From Candidatus Pacearchaeota archaeon (GTDB lineage Archaea; Nanobdellota; Nanobdellia; Pacearchaeales; GW2011-AR1): 64,000 nt of DNA. The position numbers and the translations under genes were made by a program. Of this stretch, positions 8,871-20,100 are shown piece by piece. The notes under the pieces were generated by a model. The model was not told the origin of the DNA. It made no database searches and worked only from the letters and a program-made list of their open reading frames with translations. Position 1 is the first letter of the stretch, and each line of letters begins with the position of its first letter. Where the stretch lies: contig JAGVXH010000008.1 of NCBI GenBank assembly GCA_018303845.1, forward strand, positions 4,092 through 68,091, in the 5' to 3' direction.

Positions 8871-9638
8871 TTAGCTTAGTTCTACGTATAGGTAATATGC
8901 TGTTGAACTTGACCATGTATCTAATGCGACTTCTGGTACGAGCATTTGGAAATCGTAATCACTCCCGTCATAACCTGGTTCGTCTTCTTCTAAGATTGTT
9001 GCGAATATTATGTTTGTTGTATCATGAAGAATTACTTCTTCAAAAACTGTTGATTGGGTTGCGTTGTTGACATAGGTGTTTGTTGATGAACACGCTCCTG
9101 CCGATATGGTAGTTCCTGCGACTACAAAAGTTTGTGTGTTTGCGGCTGCTGTGAATGTTGTATTTATTCTGTCTTCTCCATCTTGACTTAATACTATACT
9201 TTCTGCTGTTATTTCAGCCGCGTCTGCGCAAGATATTGTTGCCCAGCTTGCAACACCTGAAGCTCTTGTCGCGTAAACTTCTCCGCCTACTGAAGTCAAT
9301 GTCCAATCATAGATTGTTGAACCTGAAGAATCGTCTAGTGTGAACCTTCCATCTATCCATCCCACGAAAGCTTTCCAATGTGGGTTTTGTACTGATGCTG
9401 TTATGTTGATTTTGGAGATGATTCCGCCTGAGATGTTAACAATTTGGCCAGATGTTGTTGCCCTGGTTTCGTTAGCTGTAATATTAATACTGCTTGGACC
9501 AGTTGGGGTTGCTAGTGCTATTGATGAGAAGAAAAGTATTCCAAAAAGTAATACAGTAAAGACCAGTATTTTTCCCGTGCTTTTTTTCTGATTTTGTTTT
9601 TCCATTGTTTTTTCTCTTTTTCTCTCTTTCTCTTTCAA
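8871..9638 (-). CDS. Secreted stand-alone 'WQG...YVEL' module protein (family C, divergent copy)
   Basis: Signal peptide (ILVFTVLLFGILFFSSIALA). It ends SDYDFQMLVPE ... TAYYLYVELS-stop and sits in tandem with 9673-10407. Confidence 0.7.
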   Translation of the reverse strand: MKEKERKREKTMEKQNQKKSTGKILVFTVLLFGILFFSSIALATPTGPSSINITANETRATTSGQIVNISGGIISKINITASVQNPHWKAFVGWIDGRFTLDDSSGSTIYDWTLTSVGGEVYATRASGVASWATISCADAAEITAESIVLSQDGEDRINTTFTAAANTQTFVVAGTTISAGACSSTNTYVNNATQSTVFEEVILHDTTNIIFATILEEDEPGYDGSDYDFQMLVPEVALDTWSSSTAYYLYVELS

Positions 9639-9672
9639 TGTCCCAAAAAAATTGGGAAAATAAAAAATAAAC

Positions 9673-10407
9673 TTATTCTAGCTCTACGTAAAAGTAGTAG
9701 ACAGTTGTTGCGATATCTGTTCCGTGACCATTTTCTAAGACTAGCATTTCAAAATCATGTAGTGCATCGTCGAAACCTACAACATCTTCTTCATCTAAAA
9801 TAGATGTAAAGATAACTGATGTAGGTGTGCCCGCATCGTCCGTTAATAGAACTTCTTCGAAATGGTTATTAGTGCTTGTGTGCGACCCGTCGTAAATACT
9901 TGTGCTTGCACAATCTCCTGCTGCAAATTGCACGTTATTTGTATAAAATAGGTCGTGAGTTCCTGCATCTGAGAATGTTTCATTTACTCCGTCGACATCA
10001 TCGGAAGCAATTCCGAAAGCTGTTTCCAAATCATCGTGATCATTTACTAGATCAAAACATGCGATTCCTGCCCAGTTCACTGTCACAATTGTTGTCGCGT
10101 AGATTTCACCTTCTGGTGAAGCTATTGACCAATTATACATTTGATGATCGCTTGCGTCCGCCAATTGAATTGTACCCGATACGTTACCGTAATAACCTTG
10201 CCATGACTGCGTTGTAGACATACCCGTAATACTTAATTCGGTTACGTTTCCTGCTAGTGCTGTATGGTTTGAGGGTGCATCCATTGGAGCTCGCTCTGAA
10301 GGCTTTACAATTGTATAATTTGCACCAAACGGTTGAACAGCTAACACGCTCGCCGCCATAAATGTTACTAATAGTAGCGATATTAATGTTAACCTCTCTG
10401 TGTTCAT
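9673..10407 (-). CDS. Secreted stand-alone 'WQG...YVEL' module protein (family C)
   Basis: Signal peptide, then AGNVTELSITG ... TQSWQGYYGNVSGTIQLADAS ... MYNWSIASPEGEIYA ... HDFEMLVLENGHGTDIATTVYYFYVELE-stop. Confidence 0.8.
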   Translation of the reverse strand: MNTERLTLISLLLVTFMAASVLAVQPFGANYTIVKPSERAPMDAPSNHTALAGNVTELSITGMSTTQSWQGYYGNVSGTIQLADASDHQMYNWSIASPEGEIYATTIVTVNWAGIACFDLVNDHDDLETAFGIASDDVDGVNETFSDAGTHDLFYTNNVQFAAGDCASTSIYDGSHTSTNNHFEEVLLTDDAGTPTSVIFTSILDEEDVVGFDDALHDFEMLVLENGHGTDIATTVYYFYVELE

Positions 10408-10493
10408 TTTTTAACCTCCTTTTGATTGTTCATGTCATTGTTCACAACATGTTACCCGCTTTAGATAACAATATTGTTTATAAACTTTCCGTT

Positions 10494-10566
10494 TTTTCAA
10501 AAGTGAAATGTGTTTTCAAAAGTGAAATGTGTTTTCAAAAGTGAAATGTGTTTTCAAAAGTGAAAT
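10494..10566. repeat. 3.8 tandem copies of a 19-bp direct repeat (ttttcaaaagtgaaatgtg) in a divergent promoter region
   Basis: Units lie at 10494-10512, 10513-10531 and 10532-10550, with a partial unit at 10551-10566. The three full units are identical and the array abuts a TATA-like box. Confidence 0.9.
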
Positions 10567-10573
10567 TTATATA
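10566..10573 (+). promoter_or_regulatory. TATA-like box (tttatata) for the wHTH regulator gene
   Basis: It lies 21 nt upstream of the ATG at 10595. The same TATA-to-ATG spacing (19-27 nt) recurs at several genes in the window. Confidence 0.45.
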
Positions 10574-10594
10574 GCTGTATTACATAATATTTTC

Positions 10595-11146
10595 ATGGAA
10601 TTTGGAATTTTGGCTGGACTACTTGATGATAAATTGATTAAGGTTATTTCGGTTTTTATGAAACATCCTTCTAAAAAATTTTATCTTTCGGAAATTTCAA
10701 AAATGAGTGGGGTGAACACTGCTACGACTTTTAGAATTTTAAAGAAGTTAGTTGGACAGGAATTGGTTCATATGGATGTGCTTGGGAAAGTTCGAGTTTA
10801 TCAATTGGGAACAAGTGAGAGGGTAAAAAGTTTGTCTGGGATATTAAAGGACAGCAACATAGAGAAGAAAGATTTACTGGAAGAGTTTTGTGAAAAGGTT
10901 GGAGCGTTGGCACGAGTTCGATTGATTCTGCTTGATTCTCGGACTCATAATGGGGCACGGCTGATTATTGTTGGGGATTTATCCTCTAAAGAAAGGATTG
11001 ATTTGATTTGTAGGGATTTTGTTGAGAATAAGAAATTTATTGTGACCTATATTGAACTTCGGACTACGCAGTATGAAGGACTAAAGAGTTCGCGGGCGTT
11101 TGATATGAATAAGAAAATTTTATTTCAAGATAATTCTTCTAATTAG
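10595..11146 (+). CDS. Winged-helix (MarR/ArsR-like) transcriptional regulator with a C-terminal domain; paralog of 26912-27535
   Basis: Contains FYLSEISKMSGVNTATTFRILKKLVGQELV. The start was moved from 10529 (inside the tandem repeat) to the ATG at 10595 (MEFGILAGLL). Confidence 0.65.
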   Translation: MEFGILAGLLDDKLIKVISVFMKHPSKKFYLSEISKMSGVNTATTFRILKKLVGQELVHMDVLGKVRVYQLGTSERVKSLSGILKDSNIEKKDLLEEFCEKVGALARVRLILLDSRTHNGARLIIVGDLSSKERIDLICRDFVENKKFIVTYIELRTTQYEGLKSSRAFDMNKKILFQDNSSN

Positions 11147-14100
11147 TTAGATAATTTCCAAATAGAAAACTGCAGTTTGTTGATTTGTTGGATCGTAACT
11201 CCTTAAATTTGCTGGGACTCGGAGTTCATAATCGGCGTTTTCATAAGAGCCTGGTTGGTTTTTGCTTATCTTTGTTATGTAAATTATATCTTCTTTTTCT
11301 GTTGAATCATATTCTGTATTTGCGTCGTCAGATGTATCCCACAAAATTCCGGTTTTGAAGTTGGTGGAATTAATTGAAGTTGCTACGGGGACTGCTGTTA
11401 TTGTTTTGGCGAAGACTGTGTAGTCTAAAGTTTCGTTAATTTCTAGTGATGAGTTTAGATAGATTTCCGCATGAGAATCCCTAAAAGATGTCATTGACAA
11501 AGCAGTGTCTAATTCTTGAATATCGTTTGAAGAAGCTGTTCCAGAAATTTTTTTTCCTATTGCTTGAAGGGAAAGCCAGTTTATGTTTGAATCGTAATCT
11601 GCTACATAGATGTTTACTTTTGTTAGATTTGCTAGGTTCCAGTTTGTTAGTTCGTAATTGCTGGAATCGGTTAGCGTAAAATTTGTTCCTGCGTTAATGT
11701 TCCCATAGAAAAAGTGCCAGGACTGTACTGAGATTGAAGAATTTGCTTTGTTGTTCGTTTCGTTTAGTTCCGTTATTGTGTTTGGAAAATCTACTACTGC
11801 GAATACATTTGTTTCTCCGAGTGGTGCGTTCCATTGTATTGAAGTTGTGTTTAGGCTGAATTTATTTATTAAGATTGTTTTTGTTGTTCCGATTTGTGTA
11901 CCTGTGCCTTCTGGGTCTCCGCTATAGAATTTTACTTGGACCGATAAGATGTCTGCTCCGCCAATATTATAAACTGTCGCGTTGATTGTGATTGTTTCGT
12001 TTTCTGTTGGATTGTCGTTGCTGATTGAAATTGAAGTTCCATTGATTAAGAAGTCTGGATATGTATAATTGAAAGACCTCGTTTCCGATGTGTTTGTGTT
12101 TCCTGATGTGTCGGTGCAAGTTACATTCCAGAAATGAGTTCCTATCGAAAGGCCTGAGACTGGTTCTGTTCTTGGGAAACCTGATGTTGCAAAGGAAGTG
12201 TCTTCTATATTTCCGTCTACTACTAGGTCACAAGATAATAATGTATCTAACGCGTCTGTTGTTGTCCAGATAAATATTACATTGCTGTTTGCATTTATTC
12301 CTGCATTATTTTCCGGCGAAGTTAGGTTAATTGTTGGTGGTGTTATATCCCGGTAGAATATTCTTGTTTCCGACATGTTTAGGTTTTCGTCTGAGTCTGC
12401 ACATCCGACTGACCAGTTGTGGACTCCTTCAGATATTCCTGATATTATAAAATTGTTTTGGACGTTTTTGATTATTGATGAGGAGGATTGGTTCCTTGTT
12501 CCATCTAAGTAAATTGAACAATTCATTAGTCCGAGTGCATCAAGTGGCGTATAGCTGAAATTAATGCTTGGCTCTTGAGTATAGGTTCTGTTTGCTGGCG
12601 AGACTAGGTTGATTCTTGGCGGAGCAAAGACTGTGAAATTTGTCGGTGTTGATGTTGCTTGGTTTCCTGCCTCATCGGAACAATTTATTCTATATGTGTG
12701 ATTGCCGTCTACGATTAATAGATTTGTTATTTCTTGAGTTGCGTTAGTTGTGTTGCCTGACCATTCTAGGTCTGTATCAAGATAAAGGTCGCAGGAAATT
12801 TGTGAGTCTAGGTTGTCTGTTATCGTGAAGTTGAAAGTGACATTGTTATCGTTATAGATTTGGCCTTGTGATGGCAGTCCTAATTGGATTGTTGGCACGG
12901 CTGTATCTATGTAAACTTTTCTTGTTTCGCTTTCCCCCACTAGTCCGGTTGCGTCTGTTATATTTACGCTCCAAAGATATATCCCGTCTGCTAAATTTAC
13001 TGTGAAATTATTATTGACTCCGCTTATTATTTCACTTTGGTTTTCCATGGAAACAGCTCCGTTAATTATTAGTTCGGATTTTTGGAATCCTTCATCGTCT
13101 TGTGGGAGATATGTGAAGTTGAATGACCCCGTGTCCATCCATGTGTTGTTTAGAGGGGAGACTAGGTTTATTCCTGGGACTGTGGATTTTGTAAAGTTGT
13201 AAGTTGTACTTGTGTTTAAATTTCCTGCCAGGTCTGAACAGGTTAAGTTCCAGTAATGTACTCCGTCTGTTATTCCGGGGATGGTCCTTGTTATGTTGGT
13301 TGAATTTGAGACATTGAAGTTTGTGTCTCGGATATTTGAGTCTATGGTTAAATTACATTTCAGCGTTGGGCTTAGTGGGTCGAAGACTTCAAATTCGAAA
13401 GAGACATTGCTTGCGTAGACTTCTTCGTTTAATGGGAAATGGGGTGTGATTAAAGGTAGAGAGTTGTCTAGGAATATTTCGTTTTCTTCTGAGACATTTG
13501 ATAATCCGATGCCATCAGTACATTCGATGTAATATGTGTGTCTGCCGTCTGAAACCCCTTCTGCCTCTAAACTGTTTAATGCGCCAATGGATATCCCGCC
13601 TATTTGAGTTGTATTTATGACTCCATCTAGGTAGAATGCACAGGAAGTTATTTGGGTATTATCTGTTGGCGTGAATTCGGCTAGGATTGCGTTTCCTTTT
13701 ATGTATGTTCCATTTGTACTATTCATGTAGACTCTTGGGGATTCAGATATGTTTAGTGTCCATGTTGGGCTTGAAGAAGTATGCGAAGAATTGTCGGTGC
13801 AATCTATTCTCCATGTTCGAAGGCCGTCGGGAAGTCCTGAAAATAATTCGCTAGATATTACTCCGCTTGTTGACTGGAAGTTTGATTCGCTGACTGAGTC
13901 AATAAATAAGCTACAATCTAATTCTGAGTCAATTGAGTCTGTTACGTTGAACTCAAAATTTATTTCGCTTGAGGACGAAGAAGTTTCATTTGCTGGTGAG
14001 ATTAGAGTTATTGCTGGTGGAAATAGGTCTATTAACAATGTTCTGTTTGCTGGCATGACGGAAGTATTACTTAAGTCGAAGCATTGAACTGTCCAGTTAT

Positions 14101-17100
14101 AAATTCCGTCTGGGATTCCTGTGATATTAAACATATTATTTACCCCTAAGTTTATTGAGCTGTTTGTTGAATTTATTTGTCCGTTGATTAATAGCTCACA
14201 TCTGTTCATTCCTGAGTTGTCATCTGGCAAGTAAATGAATTCTATATTTCCTGTTGAGTTTAGGTGATTATCTGCTGGATCGATTAGAGATAATGTTGGC
14301 GGCAAGTCTGTGATGTCGAAGCTCCACATTGGAGTTGTGAAGGTGTTCTTGGCTTCGTCTATACAGGTTGCTTCCCATAGATGAGTTCCTCCTGATAGTG
14401 GGCCTGAAGAGACATTAACTGCTGTGTTATTTGAGACTGGAATGTTTGATTGAATTACTGTTCCGTCTAGCGATACATTACAAGATAAGTTTGAATCCAT
14501 GTTATCCGAGGCGTTGAAGCTTAGATTTAGAAATCCTGATGTGAAATTTGCGGTGTCTTTTGGTGAGATTAAATTTACGACTGGGGAGATTAAGTCTATG
14601 TAGAAAATTCTGGTTTCACTTGTATCTGTTGTTGCGATGTCGCTTAGATTTACGCTCCAATAATATGTTCCTGATGTTAACCCATTGACTGTGAAATTAT
14701 TTGCGCCCTCAATGATTGCGGTTTGGTTGCTTAAATTAAAGACTCCGTTTAGAGTTAAAGCTGAAGATTTGAAATCTCCGTTAACGTCGCTTGCATTGTA
14801 TGTCAGGTTTACGCTACTTTGATTGAACCACGTTCTGTTTGCCGGAGAAAGTAAACTTACTTCTGGGGGAACTCCTGATTGAATGCTTAAGGTATCTGAA
14901 TCTTCTGTAATTATTGTTTTATATCCACTAGTTGCTTTTACCGTGTAACTTCCGAAGACGTCCGTTGAAATAAAACTGTAGTTGAATAGTCCGCTTGCGT
15001 CTGTGAAGGTTCCTGTGTAGTTGAAGTTTAGTGCTTGGACTCGTGGGTTAAATGTTGAGTTGAACGAGCCCATTTCTACACGGTACTCTAGGTATCTTGA
15101 ATAGTTCAAGCTGTCAACGATGCCTTGCCCTTTTGAGAGTTCTGTCCAGCCTGTCCAACTGGATTTGTCGTTTGATGTTCTTACATATACTAGAACTCCA
15201 TTACAGTCTGTTGCGGTGAAGTCTACAGTTAGTCTTGGTCTTTCGCTTGCTGTTGAATACTGGCTACTTCTGAATTTTATTCCGCCTGAGCCTGATGCTT
15301 CTATTACTAATCCGTTATTTGAAATGTTTCGTAATGCCCATTTTGATGTTGTGCTTGATATGTCTAGTGATTTTGTTCCTGTCGTTGCTGTGCTCATTGT
15401 CCCTATTGATACTGTTCCACGAGAGGGAGAGCCAGCAATACTTTCTGAACTCCAGAGGTCTGAGGCTGTTCTGTAAATTGATGTTACTTCGCTTTCGTCC
15501 CATGCTTCTAGTATTTCATAAAATGTTGGATTGTCTCCGCTGTCGAAAAGAGTTAAACGAAGAGTCGCGGCGGAAACTGTTGCTCCATATGGAACTTTGT
15601 TCGCCCCAAAACCGAAAGCTTCTTCAAATTCCACAATGGACTTTTCTACGTCTGGAGATGAATCTATTGTTAGTTCTTCTGATGTTGCGAAGTTTACCGT
15701 TGGATTTCCGCTTGTTATATATGAATCTTTTGTACTGGAGTAACCCCACGAGTTTCCGTTTTGAAAATCTACTGTTCCTGAGCAACTTTGTGCCACATCG
15801 GTCCATGAAACGTTTTCCCAATTGACACGCGCTCCCGCATCTAGGATTCCGGTGAAGCTTCCTGTTGTATTAAGCGAATCTAATGTAAATTCTCCTCCTG
15901 AGTATGTCACGTTGTCATAACTTGAAATTATTTTTATATTGTCTTCGTCAAAATCTAAGACGCTTGCCGATGTGCCTTGATTTGTTAAGTTTGCAAATGG
16001 GATTAGAACGTTATTCCACCAAAAGTTGATTGCGTTATTTGGGATTGCTGTTCCGTTTGAAAATTCTAGAGAACCTGTCATAAAAATGATTTCTGCCCCT
16101 GGGCTTGGGTTTGGATTTATTATTAAATCTAATGTTGCCTTCAGGACTTGGAATGTCCCGTTGTAAGAACCAATTAACCCGGCTGTGTCGTTAGCGTATA
16201 CGGTGTAATTGTAGCTTTCTCCAAAGGTCTCGTCTGTTTCTATTTCTGCGCTCCACCAGTTTCCGAAAATATTTTCTAATACCACTCTTGTTTTTTCCAC
16301 TCCTCCGATTACGCCTTCCCAAATTACTACCCATACGCTGTCTGTTCTTAAGTCATCTACGTCCATGTTGAGCGTTAGGTTTTCGCCTTCTAACAATAAG
16401 TGGCTTGAGTTTACGATTTGCCCAGCTTCATTTGTTTGATTGATTAGGGTTACGGCTGGGGCTGTTGTATCAACTGAAAATGTTATACTTTTTTGCCCTT
16501 GTGAACCTGCTGAATCTTGAGCGTAGACTGTCCATGTGTTTTCTCCGTCTACGCTTGTTATTCCAGTGATGTCATCTCCACAGGTGATTGATGTATTTGT
16601 TGTTCCACCGTTAAGACTATACCAACATGCCACCAAGGTTACTCCAGAAGCATACGAGATTGAATAGTTCATTTTTACAATTTGGGAATTGTATACATAG
16701 GTTTGTGGGTAGTGTATTTCTATTGTTGGCGGAGATTCCCATGTGATGTTTAGGTCGTGGGCCGTAATTGTATTTGGTCCATCTGTTGAATATAAAAAAC
16801 GATAAATTAGATTTGAACCTGCGGCAAATCCCGAGAGGCTTCCTCCATTGGCCACGGTATACCAATTGTTTCCGTTGTCTACGGTTAATTGTAATGAGAT
16901 TGTATTTGTTGCGTCGACTCCTGATTCGGTCCATGAGGCGTGAGAAATTCTTGTTATTTCCTGACTGGTGTTCATTGTGTGTGAGGTGACATTTCCTGTT
17001 CCTCCGGTCATGGTTATGTTTCCATAATTCCATGTTACATTATTTGATATCCTAATTGATGAGTTGTCTAGGAATTCGTCGAAATAATGTTTACCGAAAT

Positions 17101-20100
17101 CTACGTTAAATGTTGTGCTGTTTGTTGAGAGTTGCCCCATTGTGTTGTTGGCGTAGAACCTTATTGTTTGCGTAGACTCATTTAGGACTACTGGAAAAAT
17201 TTGTGAACCTGTGCAATCTGTACAAATTGTTTGATTTGCTCTTCCGTTGATTGACATGATTAGTGCTGCCGCGTCTCCGATGAGTGTTACATTTAGCATA
17301 GGCGTGAAATCCTGTTCTGTTGGGAGGGTAATTCCTTCAATTAGGATTGTCGGCGGTGGATCGATTCCATTTGTCCAACTAATGTTTAAATCTAATAAAG
17401 ACATTATGGAAATATTTTGCGCTTCAAAGAAAAGCCTATACGCAAAATCTTCGCCTGAAGGAATTGTTAGCGAAGAATCTTTTGTGGCTTCATACCAAGT
17501 GTTTCCGTTGTCTACTGTGACTTCTACTCTTAAAATATTGTTTACATTTGTACTGAAACTGTTCCACGTTATGTTTGTGAATTTTGTGATTTCGTTGATT
17601 AATTTTACTGAGTAGGATGTGAAGGTTCCTATTTTTTTACCGCCTGTTATTATGGTTGAAAAATTATCGTAACGAACATTCAAGTTATTTGTATTGAAAA
17701 TTCCCACTTTCCCTTCTGGGAATGAAACATTTGATGCTGTTGCTGTCTGTACTCCATTTATGTAACATGACACTGTTTTATTTTTTATTTCTAGCACGAA
17801 TGTGTTCCATGCACTTAAGGTATACATTGTTGAAGCTGATGCAAGCGAGGTTGATGAGCCTCCTGAAACTCTTTCTATTCCTCCCTGACTTGTCTGCTGG
17901 TAAAGTCTGCACCTATAATAATTTTGAGGGTCTTCGTATGCAAAGACTACTCCTGACTGATCGTTATCTGCTGCATACATGCTAAAGGATATATTGTAAT
18001 CTGTTATGTTATTTAGTATTAGTGTGTCGTAAATTGCCAATGTATCTGCACTATCTAGCGTTTGAATTAACTCTCCAGAACTAAGCTCCCATCTCCCCCC
18101 AGACAGTAACCAGTTTTCGGCATTGTCAAAAGTTTCATTTATGATTGTTTCTCTTGCCAATGATAATGTTATGTTTCCTTCCAACAAATCTAGTTCTTCT
18201 GAATCTAGTTCATAGGAACTGTCTAGATATGTGTCGTAATAGTTATTTCTCATATCTACATTGAAAGAAACTGATTCTGAATTTTCTTCTCCCATTGGAT
18301 TTCTTACGAATACGTTTAGTGTGTAGTTTGCTTCTCTTAGGTATAGGATTTCATCGTTTGAGAAACTGCAAGCTGAACATAATGTTTGATTCGTTCCGCC
18401 GTTTATATTGTACCATAGCGTGTCGCCCTCACCTGTTAGGCTTATATTTAATATTGGTGTTGCATCATTAATTTCTCCTGGAGTTGGATAGTTGATTGTA
18501 ATGTTTGGCAATTCCTGCTCTACTGAAATTGTGACGTTCCATTTAGAAGTTATGTTGCTAGTGGAAAGGTTAGTCGTCATGTTGGCGTAGGCGAAGAAAA
18601 AATATTTCCTAGCCAGTTCTCCTGTTGCGTTTACTAAAAATGTTATTAGTTGACTTTGCCCTTCTGACAAAGAAGAAGTTGTTAAGGGGTTTGATGCGGC
18701 TGTTGTGTAAAATGGAGTTCCTGCATTAACCGGAATTATTCCCTTGTCCATGTTTGGAGTTTGTGTTGTGAAGTTCACTGAATCTATATACCAACCTTCT
18801 TCGTTAACACTTTCGTCTGAGAACCAGTGAAATCTAAACGAAACGTTTTCTGCAGAACTTCCCGATGTGATGTTTGTCATGTTTATTACTACATGCGAAA
18901 AGTTTGAGGATGTTCCTACAAGTCCGTCTCCCCATACTGGCTCTCCCGCTGTTAAGGGTGGTCCGCCCGAATAGACTCTATATATAGTGTTATATCCTCC
19001 TGATATAAAACTTGTAACTTTTTGCCAGGATCCGCCATCTAATTGATATTGCAAATAACCCCCATCGTATGCACCGTTTCCTGCCCCATAAACTTCTGCA
19101 TCCATGTAGTGATAAAAGTCGAATGTTGAATTTGCTATTATATCGTAAGTTGGAGAGACTAGAATTGATTCACTGTAATCTGCGTAGTCTCCTGTTCCAG
19201 TATCTCCCACTTTCCACGATTGGCTTCCGTTGTTGGTATATTCTGTACTTATGTGCCATTCGTCCACCTTGGCGTTTAGCGGAAAATGTTCAAAGCCTTC
19301 TGTTCCTGTTTCGAAATCGCTGTAAGTTTCTTGTATTGGATCTAGTGTCACATTTATTGTTCCACAATTCCCGGCTAGACAGGTTACGTTTAGTGTTACA
19401 TTAAAGAGTTGGTTTTGCTCTACGAAGATGTTATCTCCGATTGGGAAGATTCTTGTTATGCTGATTGAAGGTGGGGCTGAATATGGAAGTATTGTTATTC
19501 CTGTGCTGTTTACCCAGTTGCTGTAATTTTTTCCGTCATAGTATCTTGCCGAACATTTCCAGACTTCGCCTGCCGCTGTTCTGCTTCCTGATAAGGTTAC
19601 ACTGAAATTAGTTGTGCTTGCTACATTGTTTTGAGATGTGTTTGAATCTTGTGAGTCGTTTTTGTACCAGATTACGTAGGCTGTGACTTGGTCCGCGTCG
19701 ATGTCTTCGACTAAGGCTGTACAATTATAATCTGTGACATCGTCGTTTGGTCCGTCTAGGGAATACATTAATGGTGATGGGTCAGTTGGCGCGCTGTTTG
19801 CTGAGTACATTAAGACATTGTCTAGACGTTGAGCATCAACATTTCCAGCTGTCTCTAAATAACTTGAACCTATTCCCACACCTGGAGAACCTGAGTCTAA
19901 ATCCGAATCTGTTGTCGAACAAATTAATGTTGAGCCGTCATAAACTTCTATTGATGTTCCTGTAATTCTTAGGGTTACTATGTCTCCTGTAGTGAATTGG
20001 TTGTCTCCTCCACAATTAGTTTCTAAGACTGTGTTTGTGCTCCCTACTCTTTTCCAAATTCTAGTATTTGCAGCCGTTGTACTAAAACTAAAAATGTAGG

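Noticed and set aside
10494-10566. Possible CRISPR array (also considered for the repeats at 58337-58658 and 59067-59101)
   Set aside because: The repeats are contiguous with no spacers. Their units (7-27 bp) are too short or lie inside a CDS, and no cas genes are present in the window.
10529-10594. N-terminal extension of the wHTH regulator (MFSKVKCVFKSE...)
   Set aside because: The extension is a translation of the 19-bp tandem repeat and would start upstream of the TATA-like box. ATG 10595 gives a normal wHTH N-terminus.
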